Assembly: GCF_964204645.1 (NCBI RefSeq)
Contig: NC_134035.1
Coordinates: forward strand, 3,472,001-3,536,000
Direction: 5' to 3'
Origin: Tubulanus polymorphus
Lineage: Eukaryota > Animalia > Nemertea
DNA length: 64,000 bases
The notes under the pieces: model-generated
Databases searched by the model: none
What the model was told of the DNA's origin: nothing
Seen by the model: the letters and a program-made list of their open reading frames with translations, nothing else
Translations under genes and position numbers: made by a program
Shown: positions 1-12,652 of the stretch, in pieces
Layout of the letters: every line of letters begins with the position of its first letter
Numbering within the stretch: the first letter of the stretch is position 1

Positions 1-92
1 GTCAAAAATTAAAATGACGCGTTTGTCAATCGCTTGCCAAATACCTTCTCACTCAGAAATTTCTCGATTTACTTGTTCCCCTTGTATATACG

Positions 93-290
93 CAGAGCTG
101 CCAACTGTTCCTGATTTTCAGTATTTGTTACTACTTTATAATGAGAAATACTGATTTGATTTGTTTACTCTAAGGGTCTTCTCTAACTGTTGATTACTGA
201 TTAATTAGGACATTTTCTTTCATATTTCAATGATATGTTGCTGAAAAAAATCTGCTACTGATTTTCATTTTTCAGAGGTTGGCAGCCCTG
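93..290. mobile_element. hAT-type MITE
   Basis: TIR cagagctgccaac / gttggcagccctg; 8-bp TSD tatatacg / tatatacc. Confidence 0.65.
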
Positions 291-331
291 TATATACCCC
301 TCGTTTTTAGTTTAATCCCTAACATCTAACG

Positions 332-490
332 TTGATGATCTCTAGTGAGAGTTCAAAACATCGTGCAGTTTTGAATTTTTGATTAAATAGATTCTCGGTT
401 TTGAAACTTGTACATAGTAAAATCTGTATATAACAGGTTTCTATTACATCAAATCTATTCTCCACGTTTGAGTGTGGTTATTCTACAACT
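332..490 (+). mobile_element. Decayed Penelope-like fragment (related copies at about 24465-24660 and 41575-41760)
   Basis: Shared degenerate tgatctctagtgRgagttcaaaacRt core and shared 3' tail ctattctccacgtttgagtgtggttattctac. Confidence 0.45.
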
Positions 491-1301
491 GTGTATTTCA
501 GATACATCACAGATAGTTACAACATATTTAATACGCGCACATATTCACCGTGTTTGTCCCTGTTTTTCTACTTTCTACTTGTATTCATTTCCGCGTTTGT
601 TTTGATGAATGTGAGTTTTGTTTTTTTGACCGATCTGTTATTTCTTATATTTGAACATTCTTTCAGATTTTAAAACAATGTCCTCGTCATTGATTACAAT
701 TATTACGAATTTGTAAACGTTTAAAAAAAATTTTGTTTCACACACAGGACTTAGTGGCTCAAAAGTTGGTTAAAGTTAATGAGTGGCTAGTTAGTTGACG
801 TAGTGACAAATACAGCTGGGAAGCCACATACCTAGAAACCAGGGAAAAGTCAGGGAATTGTAAAATCAAATCATAAGTCAGTGTCTTATGTATTTGACTG
901 CGTAAATTGATTGGATTCTTAGCGGATCAAGTCAGGGAAAACAGCTTACATGTCAGGGAATAGTCAGGGGGACAAACAAGTCAGATAGAAGTCGCCATCC
1001 TGTTAAAGTCCATTGTTACAACAACTTTACTAAGTGACTGTGATGAAATGCTACGTTTCTGGCTGTACATATTTTCATTTTCAAGTTTTTCATTTTTATC
1101 CGTCTTCTAGATTTCTTTTACACCTTTCTTTCGCAAACATTTGTCTTCTTATTCACGTGTTTCTTTATAGGTTTTCCGCACTTCTCTTTCTTGTATGTGT
1201 GACATGTGCCTGTTTCTTTCTATGCATATAACTCTTTTATGTCCGGTCGGGAATTATATCCTCATCAAGACATAAAATGGAATTTGAATACAATGTATAT
1301 A

Positions 1302-1528
1302 CAGTAAAACCTCTATACATGTATAGCGAATGCCTCTGGGACTTAGCAAAAAGTTTCCACTACTGTATATTGAACATTCTTTATCGGTCAAAGCATTCAC
1401 TGTTCATTATAGAGAGGTGTTTACTATTTAGGGAGGTACTGATCTATGTATTTAAGATTATTTTGAATTTTCGGACCGGACAAATGGTGATCACTATAGA
1501 GAGGTGTTCACTAAAGGAAGTGTTACTG
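1302..1528. mobile_element. Tc1/mariner-pogo-type MITE
   Basis: TA|CAGTAAAACCTCT ... TTACTG|TA ends. Confidence 0.55.
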
Positions 1529-1859
1529 TAGTAATGATATGTACACTATAGCCAATATGCTCTGCATGCAAAAACTAATAGTCGATTTCCCAAGAGCTCC
1601 CTTAGCCATTTACTTGAGGCATGTGCACTAACATGTGGCGGGATATCATGTAACTGGTGGGATAAGTTCCCAACATTATAAATTTGAGAAGGTTTTCTAT
1701 GTATCTGAATATAGAGTGGGTGCACGCTCCTTTGAGGAATCAAACCTTATGGTGTCGAGATTGCTACGGTTTAAATGCCTGCCGTAGTAAAATCCAGTTC
1801 ATAAAAGGTCCAATTCAAACTTTTATCAGTAATATTTTCCCGCTGGTTTATGGTCGCTC

Positions 1860-2036
1860 TGACTGGTTTGTATTGGCTCCAACAGGTTTTTGTTGGATCC
1901 AGCTGATGTGTGTTATCTGGAACTGGTTTGCCATAGCTCTGACCGGTTTGTGTTGGCTGTAACCTGTAAATGTTGGCTCCAACTGGTTTGTGTGATGGCT
2001 CCAACAGGTTTTTGCTGGATCCCACTGGTTTTTGTT
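1860..2036. repeat. Degenerate minisatellite (actggtttgt / ggctccaacaggtttttg units)
   Basis: Repeated units directly upstream of the 2093 acceptor; explains several spurious ORFs. Confidence 0.75.
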
Positions 2037-2092
2037 CGCTTCCACACTTGTTGTTCTATTTCTGATATTCATTTATCTGATCGTACTTTCAG

Positions 2093-5000
2093 GTTCTCCG
2101 GTCGTGTTCAACGGCGACGAATTCGAAAATATCGAGTTGAAGAAAGCGGCGACGCCGGACATCGATTTACCGCCGGATCGGCGTCGCGACAGCGGCAAGG
2201 ACGTCGCCGAAACGTGTCGCAATCTCGAAGGACTGACGATCAAATCGGGCGAAAACGGCGGCAGCGGCAGCGGAAACGGCGGCACCGACAGCGGCGACAT
2301 GCTGCGCGAACTCGTCAAAAACAAAGAGCTGATGAAGAATCGTCGCGCGGACGTGATGCAACGGTACGGCAGCGTCGACAGCGAGATGTCCGACTCGAGC
2401 ACTCTGGTTAGTAACGTATCCGATATCGTAGACAAGGAGTCGCGTAAACGAGCGCGCATAAATCACCACAGTATTCGCGGTAACTTGTCCGATAGCGAAA
2501 TCGAAACCCACAAAGGGGTAAGCCGTCGTTCCCGTCGATATCGACCGACATCATCGTCGTCGTCGTCGTCGTCATCATAATAACCGTAGTCGTTGCCGAT
2601 AAATCTTTCGTCCGTTTTATTCGGTCACGTTTTTTTTTTTTAAATACCGTATCCCTCTCCGAACGGCATCCTCCCCCGGCGCGGATTCGAACCCGACGGC
2701 ATCGCTCGAACCAGCCACGGCGTGGAAACCTGCCTCGCTAGACCGGCTTAAAAAAAAAAAAAAAAACAGATTGCCCGTTGCGTAATCGCTGGGGCAAATT
2801 TCGCAGATGAACTACCGGTAACTATAAATGGGACAACCAGGATTTCGGAATGGCTAATGACGGCAGCATCTAACCTTTCATGCAGCTGTGCACTCGGTCT
2901 AGTGTGGCAGGGTTACGTACTATGGTGAGTCTAGCGATGCCATCAGGTTCGAATCCCTGCCAGGGGAAGGATGTCTCCGAACGCCTCTCTCTCTCTATCT
3001 CTATCTCTCGCAGTTTTCGTTTCTGATTTGTTGTCTGGAATCCACCATTCTCTATCTCTGTTGTTCACCGCGGCAAGAGAGCGATTCGCATTCCTTATAT
3101 CTCCGTAAAAACCTGCAATACAGGAAATGACAACTAGCCCGAAAAGTTTTTCTCGCGCTAGTAGTTGATTTTCAACGTTTTGACTATATCCTAATACCCG
3201 GTAGTCGTTTTATCTAAAAATGGGGATTGTCCTTGTTATTTATTTGATTGGTCGATTCGGTTTGGTATTAGATCGAAGTATATAATTCAATATAGTCGAA
3301 ACGTTGAAAATAAACTAAAGCTCAAAGAAACTTTTTCGGACTCATTTATTTTTTCTGTATTGCGATCGTTTCGACACGGACGCAGTGTTTCATCGAGATT
3401 ACTCCCTATTCCTCCCCGCCGTTTACGCTCTCTTCGCAAGTACGCGATGTTTCATTTTATGAATTCGTCTGCACGCGACGACGACAACATTTCCGACGTT
3501 CTCGCGCAATCTTCGACGCGCGATCTCTTTTTCATTAAATCTTCGAATTTCGATTAGTATTTCCGTAATCTCTTTTGCGTAACCCTCGTTCCGTCGGTGA
3601 GGGTCTCGAGAAAAATGCATGCAATTCGTTGATACGCTCGATGGACCATGTTATGCTTCTACTCTGGTGTTGGCGCTTCGTTTATATCTTCTTGAAATTT
3701 TGCATGGCGATTTTTCTTAAATCTCTACGAAAATGTCTTTATTTTCGTAAGTTCAATCTCTTGGTGTACACGTCTCTGCAAATACTTCTCTTGTTGATTA
3801 TAGTTTTTTTCTTTAACCCTTTCAGTGTTATATAATTAATACGCTATAGTGCTGGAGATAATTTGAAAAATTTTTGAAAAATTTCACCCCGGCCAGGCAT
3901 ACCACTACATCGATGTATTGTGGGTCTACACCGTGGCGCGGTTTATTGTTAGTTTGCAGGTGCTGCCAACTTTCATTAGACATCAAAACTTATTACTCAC
4001 AACATCAATACATTGTGATGCGGTGTACTAGCAAAATCCATCGCTAATTAATACACCGCACTGCGGGGTAAGCACTGAAAGGGTTAACGTAAGTCATGGT
4101 TATGAAAAGAAGATTTTGTCAAATGAATTTATCGATATGATGTTAAGTAAATACGTGAACCGATTTAAGTGAACTGAATTAACTGATTTAATTATTGCTT
4201 TGTATCTAGACTTAAAAGATAGGTTCCTGAATCAATAGATCATGAATGCAAAATGATTACAAAATTCGGAACCGACTAGGCCATGACGCCCAGTTTCCCC
4301 TGATGTAATGTAACTCATAAGTTTTTGTAGTATGTACAGTAAACTTCACCTTACTAGCTACATGTCAACTCTGACTAGATGAAATCATGGACGTATAAAC
4401 TAGATCTAGTTTATACGTCCATGATGTAATTAAGGCGTTGTTTACTGAATGTGAAAAAATCTGAATGAATGAATTCATTAATTTTGTGCCCTCCAAATTC
4501 CTCCAACTCCCATATGAATTGTTCCGCGTTCCTGGATGAAATTCGCGTATTCTGAAATTCAACGTCTAATAACGATCGGTCGTATTTACGCGTTTTTGTA
4601 TTTGCAGCTGTTCGCTCAAAAGCGCCGTCGTTCTCCGAGCGTGTGGAGCAGTAAGAGTTCGCAGAGCACCGGTTTCCGCTATCACGACGGAAAGCTCATC
4701 AACACGGTCACGTTACCGAGTCCCGAATCTCATCGTACATATCTGTTCGAACATCTCGTCGGTAAGATTTCATCATGAAAATGTCCATTTATTTCCACGT
4801 ATTTTAAGTGGGCTGGCCATAATAAACCCTACTTCCCTTCCACTACTATTTACGAGTAGTTTCTACTCTTTTTAAGAGCTCAACTACTTCAAAAAATGTG
4901 TATCGAAATACTCTCAAAGTGAGAATAATTACCAGTTCATTTTCAATGAAATTTCTATTTTTGATGTTAAATTATTCTCATGTTTATGGAGACTACTGCA

Positions 5001-8000
5001 ATTAGATACATCAGGTAGTCTGGGCCAAGTTGCGCATTCATGAACTTAAATCTCAGGACTGGTCTTAAGTTGTTAGATTGGCCATAGAATAATCTAAGCC
5101 ATGTCTATGCAACTGGCCCTGGGTCTGGAACCCTGAAATTGATGTCTTTTTAAACTGATTTCTTGGTTTTGAAGCTGTTGTTTTATAGTGATTCTAACGT
5201 TAAATGTTGATTTTGCGCACAGGTAAAGACCGCAGTCCATTGTGGGATCAGATGCAGTTCTGGGAGGACGTATTCCTCGACGCCGTCGCGCAGGAACGAG
5301 ACATCATCGGCATGGACCAGGGACCCGGCGAGATGATCGACCGTTACGTTTCGCTGGGCTCCGGCGAGAAGAAACGCCTCGAACACGACGAGGACCGTCT
5401 GCTGTCGATCACGCTGTACAACATGGTGTCGTTTATGACGATGGTGCGGGTGGAAAAAGGCGAACTGCGCAAGAAAGTTCGTCGTCTGCTCGGTAAATCA
5501 CACATCGGTTTACTGTACAGTCAAGATGTGAACAACGTATTAGACCAGCTTAATAACCTGGTAAGTACAGCAGATGTATCCTCCCCCTATATTGTAATAG
5601 ACCAGCTTAATAACCTGGTAAGTACAACAGATGTACTTATTTATCCTCCCCATCTATTACCCGGTATATTAGACTAGCTTAATAACCTTGTAGTTACAAT
5701 AATAACCTTGTATATACTCCTCTATATTGTATTAGACCTGGGCTCAGTTCCACAGTCCGGTGTTAAGATATCTGAGAGTTAACTCATTGAAAATGAACTG
5801 ATTTTAACTAAGAGTTAACTCTCACTCACCACAACTGTGGAACTGGATCCAGCTCAATAACCTTGTAAGTACGGCAGAGGTACTTTCATGTTCTCTCCTA
5901 TATTGTATTAGACCAGTTTAATAACTTTGTAAGTACGAGAGGTGTACTTATATATCTTTCTCTATATTGTACTAGATGAGCTTAATAACATCTTAAGTAT
6001 AGCTAACATATTTATTTAAAATGTATACAGAAAAATGATCCTCTTTGTAGGTTAAGGTTGTTGATTTTCATGAATTATGTGTTCCCTTTTGTGCATTATG
6101 AGTTTTTAGGCTTAGCTGCTCGGTAGATCATAGCCTCATATTGTGATTTGACCATAAACATCACTAGGGTTTCGAGTATATCCATCAGGAACCAGATCTG
6201 TAGTTCTTGTTAATACTGGAAGTCAAAGGAACATGAGTAGTACTTCTTTCCTAACTGTGGCACTGGGCAGAAACTGCACAATATTGTATTCAGTTTATCA
6301 TGTTTTTTTTTTCCTCATTTTGTTTCTAGCATGGTAACGATATAGATCTGAGACCGTTAGGAAGTCGCATGATGCAAAAACAATCGTTTACGGTCCACTG
6401 GGGACAAGACAATACCGGTGATATGTTATTCATGGAGGTGCGTACGTTATCATACGAATTGAAATCGACTATGTTCGAAGGATATGTCCACGAAATCAAA
6501 GTTATTGATTTGGTTTCCGACAAAACAAAATTCTGATAAGCCGCTTATGACAGCTTTCTTGTGTTTGATGAACCATTAAAATCGAATGTTATTTAGCTTA
6601 GTGAAACTGGGGGCTTGCGTTGGTGTATGAACCTATTAAGCAGCATTCACACTCATGTATTTAGAACGGTCTAAGCTTTGGTCGTTCCAATTTAGAATGG
6701 ACCAAGCATTACCACTGGTAAAAAGTTCTTGCTAACCTGATTTGTTCCATTTCAAAAGATCATACTAAAATCGGCCGACCAAAAGGACCGATCCAGATCT
6801 GTTCTGAATTTAAGGATGGACCATCTCTGTGTGCAAGAATAAGAAAGTCTTTGCTCTAAATTACCTATGAGTCATAGTATTGCATTAGTGGGGACCGTTG
6901 ATAACTGTTACAGCAGATTTGTGTGATATTGTCCATTCTAAATTGACCCGTTCTAGTTACAGGCCACACTAGAACGGACTAACTGACATTATTCTGAAGT
7001 GCGGCGATGAATTAAGTTTTTCTTCGTCGTTTGCAGGTTTGCGATGATTGTATAATACTACGGAGCGTCACCGGGTCGATCTGCGACCGTTGGTGGTACG
7101 AAAAATTAGTCAACATGACGTATTGCCCGAAAACGAAGGTGCTTTGTCTTTGGCGCAAACACAGCGGACAAACGCAACTGAATAAGTTCTATACGAAAAA
7201 GGTTCGTGTTTTCGTGTGAACAAACACTTCGCGATGATCGACGATGTGCTAAAAATCTAGACTGTAGACTGAAAATTTAACATGTTTATGTATACATTTT
7301 CATCAAATACATAGCACGTTTTTAATGCTAATTCTGAATATTCATGCGGTGAAATTTCTTCTATGTTGTTGAAATCATTGATCTGTTTTTCACGATTTCC
7401 AGTGCAAAGAATTATATTATTGCGTAAAAGACGCGATGGAAAAAGCAGCTGCAAGAAACAACGGGAAAGTCACCGGTGAGTTACTTCTTCATTTTGCTCT
7501 ATTTTCAAGCTAATTACTTCAATTGTCACTTCCACTTTCAACTATTATGGTTGGTGACTCTAGCTACCGACTACTATGGTGGTCCACACCAGCTATTATT
7601 GCGGGTGACTCCAGCTATCCTTATGGTTTGCTTCAACTTTTATGTCGGGTGACTCCAACTATTATGGTGGTTTACCATCAAATGGCATTTCATAAGATTA
7701 CTGAACACTGACTCATGAAGCTCGCCCCGTACCCCCCCCCCCCCTAAATCTGAATGTGACCACGGTATCTTGCTCTCGACGATTCTAAGCGAGCGCGCGC
7801 TCTCTCTTTATCATTCAAAGGCCAAGAATTAGGTGGCGAATTCCCCGTGCAGGATATCAAAACGGGACAAGGCGGGTTACTGCAAGTTTGCATGGAAGGC
7901 ATCGGACTGTTATTCGCGAACAGTAAGGTAAGAGACGAATCGTCAATGTTATCATCGTCTATATATATATATAATGAATGTCCTACTAGCCATACATGAA

Positions 8001-11000
8001 CGACGACTAACTGAGTTACAAAAACGATTCGATCAACGATAAAACCAAAAATACCGAACTTACAACGAGTTACAGACGTTATTGACACTTTTGATTGGTT
8101 GGTTGAGGAGAAAATTAAAAGGTTCTCATCAGCGACTGATTGCAATCGTGAAACATCTGAAACTTGAACGCGTATTACAACAGATCCAGTTGCAGCGAGT
8201 TCGAATTAACTCGAAGAGTTGAAATTAGTTCATTTTCGAAGAGTTAACAAATCTTAAGTCGACGCCAAACTCGCAACTGGGTCCTGGTTGAGTTGTTTTT
8301 ATCAGTAAGTATGTACATGTATATATTAAGTATAAAAGTCATTTACATTTCATGATTTATCATATCTGTTTGACATAGACATTATAATTACTATTGATAT
8401 TATTATTAGCATTATAATTACTATTATTATTATTAGTATGAATATTATCAGCATATATAGTTAGATAAGTGAGCGCTGTGGATGTACAAACTAAAGCCTA
8501 GTGTGACTGAGCCCGGTGTTTGAAACAGGAAAATAGTTTTGCGAAATTTGTTTTTTGAAATAAGGAAAGTAGTTTCAACCTGCTATGTGCGATGTCGGTC
8601 CTTGTCAGACATATCAGAGTAGCTACAAGAAGACACATAGTACGCTACTTGATATTTCGCTAAACCATGTTTCTTGTTCCGGAGCTATGCGCACAGTCAC
8701 GAAACAAGCAAGAAGATGTTTTCGTTTCTTGTTTATTTCGCGCTGTGCGCCTCTAGGCTTCCGTTTACATGTCCACGGTCAGTGGTATATTCGGTTCTAC
8801 TTGGTTTAAGTTTTTTTTTACTCGCCTTCGATCATCCTTCTGGACGTGGAAAACTCCCCCTACATTACCTCTTGGTGAATGTTTTTCATTTCTCCAAATA
8901 TATCTCCCAAGGTAGAAGTTGTGTTTTGAATCAATGTAGAATTGTGTAGAAATTAGTTTTGCCTACCTGTATTCCTCTACAGCTCAGCTACTCCTTAGAA
9001 AATTATTAAGAATTCTTGGTCATATTCGCGTGCAGCAGGGGTCGTCCATTTTGATCGTCTGCGCTCTTCGCTAAAACTTACCGGTATACGTACGCGACCA
9101 TACTGACCATCCGAATTGGCTTTGTGGCTTAACCTGGGTTAATTTCCCCGAAAACTCTTCATTAATTCAGTTAATGTTTAAGGAGTTGTTAACCTTTTTC
9201 GTGAAACTACGCGCTGAATTGATGAAAGAGTTGAATTCATTTGGTTTCACGGTTACTTTGAGCTTCGGGTGAAGTTCAATTCGGAACTATGCGACTGGAC
9301 CCTGCATGTTGCTATATGAAATAATGTCGGTTTGCCCATTCCCATCCTTCCACTCCCTCCCAATCTCTATCCAGTCCTTCTCCGTTAGATTTACCCTGAA
9401 GTTTGTTTTCATCTCTCAAAACCCCTCCTCTAGACCCCTCATCTTTCTCCCATTGTGTCTCTTGTTTGAATTTGATAGAAATGTAGTTGAACCGGCCACG
9501 ACGACAACATCAAATATGTTTTAGTCGTGGTTGGATCCTCGCCGGTATGTTCACTTGAGGAACTAGATTCGGTATTTACCCTTTCGGCCGACTAAAATAC
9601 TCGGGGCTTATTTGATATGGCATTTGTTTTGGAATGCCCCACCCCATCTGGTACAGTTCAAAAGTTGCAAGTTCGAATAAGAATCAATTTTTAAGTAAAA
9701 AACGATCAGTTTCGAGCCAAATTGTATCAACAATCTTGTTAAGTTCTACCTGCCTCTTGCAAGTTACTATCAATTTGATTCCACAAGATGATATATACCT
9801 ATTTAGATTTGATTGCCAAATCAAACCATGGACCTATATTTTCTAGGTCTTAATGCGGAAAACTACATTTCTATCGCATTATATCTTGCATTTCTATGGA
9901 CCCTTCGAACCTTTCTTCGTTCAAACCCTCTCTTTCTCTCTCTCTCTCTCTTAGAGAGAGTCTGTTCTGTATACTACTATCACGATGGTTTAGATATTCT
10001 AGAGGTAGTGTGTGCTAGTGTAGATAACAAAAACCACATTCTAAAAACTTCGAAAAACAGTTGTTTAATCTTCGAAAACAGCGGACCAGTAAATCTTCAT
10101 CTTCCTGATCGAAGATAACGTCTTTAAACTTCCTAGTCTAATAGTAGAATAGCCACAATCAAGCATAAATGATGATATATTTAGAAGCCCGCTATATACA
10201 AATTTGAAATTAGAGGATATCGTAGGCTTAAAGATTTAGAAGACAATGTTTTGGTCTATCACTAGGAAACCAACCTTGTCAGGTATCTTTTTTCTAATCT
10301 TAAATTTGTATATAATGAAGGCTTCCTTAGTCTAATGTCACCATCCACGCGGATGACCGGAAAGAAACGAAATTGAGAAGATCTCTCCGCAAACTCTTGA
10401 GAGAGAATAATCGCGTATTTCTTTTTTTCTGAAAACTGCTTCGTTCTCATTTTTGAGTTGATCTTCAGTTGCAGCTTTGATAACGCCGCTTTATCGCCGC
10501 TGCTCTGCATGCATTGGCAAAATGTTCTTCTTTTTTATATTCCTCTCACACTCGGAACGAACGTCGTCTATCCGAAATCACTGGTTGCTGTCTGCCATGC
10601 CCTGCTCATATCGGGAGGAGGACTCAATCCTGATAGTACAGAGCCTAAGTTGTTCTTTGTAATATTGATTTAGTAATATAGGAGTTGGCGAATCCTCTGG
10701 ACCTAGTTCCACAGTCATGAATTAGAGTTAACTCTGAGTTAAAGTTAGTTCATTTTCAATGAGTTAACTCTGAGTTAAGTCTGAACTCAGAACTGTGGAA
10801 CTGGACCCTGATTCTCTTTGTTGTTCTATGACAAGTCTCCAGCATTGGTTAAGAAACAAACTTTGAATCCATAATCAAGACTTCTATCGATCATGATCAG
10901 GCAAATCTGTAATAACTCCTACTACAATACGATATAATATAATACAATATCTTCTTATGCATAAAATATTGTGAACATTTACATAATCAGTTATGATACT

Positions 11001-12167
11001 TCGCTAGCCCAGCAATGCCTAAAGGCTACAAAGCTGGTGAAAGTAGCTGCAAGGTAACAAGAACAGAGAACAGTCTTCTGCGTAGCACCATCATTGATAA
11101 GCTACCTTAGGGAAGTATACACAGAATTGAAAAGCTACCAGCATGTAGGAGAATTTAGCCAATCGAATTACGAGTTTTATCAGCTTTAGCCAATCGAATT
11201 GTCTGTTTTGACGTGACCTTGATAGTCAACACTGTTAAATGCAAATTGCAAGTAATAATGTACTATGCGGTATCACACCTGGGAATTGGGGTACCACCAG
11301 CATGACGCAATTCATATATTTTTGATGCATTCTAGATGATTAGCTGATGACTCTTTTTAAAATTTCAAACTTCACGAATGTATCTTTTTTACGATGCTAG
11401 TTATATTTTCACACGTATTAGTAGTAGTAGTCGTAACATTTTATTTGGAATCTGATTTGTTTTTCTTATTGTTGTTATAACTTGACTTTACTATCATTCA
11501 CATCTTTATCAAATCTTGCTATCTCTTGCAAATGCAGCTATGCAATTTAAGCTTCATATTTTCATTATCTAGTAACTTTTTATTAGAGTAACTTTTTTCA
11601 TATTGATCTATTTTCTATCTTTCCCTTATTCTCTTTTACTTCAACTTCTATAATTCTACCTTCTACCTTTCTTCGATGATCAGGGAGAAGATCTCTAAAA
11701 TTTGTAGCCTAACTGCGTTAATATTAATTCAAGTTTTTGGTGAAGCAATGGTCTCTCTCCTCTCTCTCTCCTCTCACTCCTCTCTTTCCTCTCTCTTTCT
11801 CCTCTCTCACTTTACCCTTTTCAGTGCTTGCTTGGAACAAGTTATTACCATTTCTACAAATTTCGACACCATTATTCACGATATCCATCCTTCTGTCCAC
11901 AGGCGGATGGGCGGGCTCTTTGAATCATACTAGGTATTATATGTATAAACGTACAATAATGTTTGGTTATTCATTATGTGGTAAATATTTTGTTTTTTCT
12001 CTTTTTCCTGCCTGTCGTACCATCAATTATTTTATCATGATTGGTGTACAGGATTTCGAGGTAGGAATACTTATGGGGCATATATATATATATGTATATA
12101 TATATATATGTGTGTATATTTATATATGATATGTATATATGTATATATCGAAACGTAGATGAAGAGT

Positions 12168-12211
<44 letters not shown>

Positions 12212-12560
12212 TATTATATGTATGAATATTATTTATACAGCAACGATATCTTCTCGACACCTTTTTTGTTTTTTGTTTCAAATGAATTTTTTTATTATCA
12301 TATCTGAGCACAATAAGTGTACATCCTCTCGGCGGCCTCACCTATTATTATCTACTAATATAAGCTATATCTTGTGTCTATCTATCTATTATTATCATTA
12401 TTATTATAACAATTATTATTATTACTATTATTATATAAATATTGATCGTATTTGGTTGAGATTTTTTTTGGAGTCGCAATTTTTCCAATAAATGTCATTT
12501 GTTTTTTTTTCTAGATTTGTCTTTCCTTTTTTTACAAAAACATTATTACATTAATATCGA

Positions 12561-12652
<92 letters not shown>

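Noticed and set aside
1890-2411. 173-aa Arg-rich ORF and overlapping minus-strand ORFs
   Set aside because: Alternative frames of the MADD 2093-2517 exon plus the upstream minisatellite.
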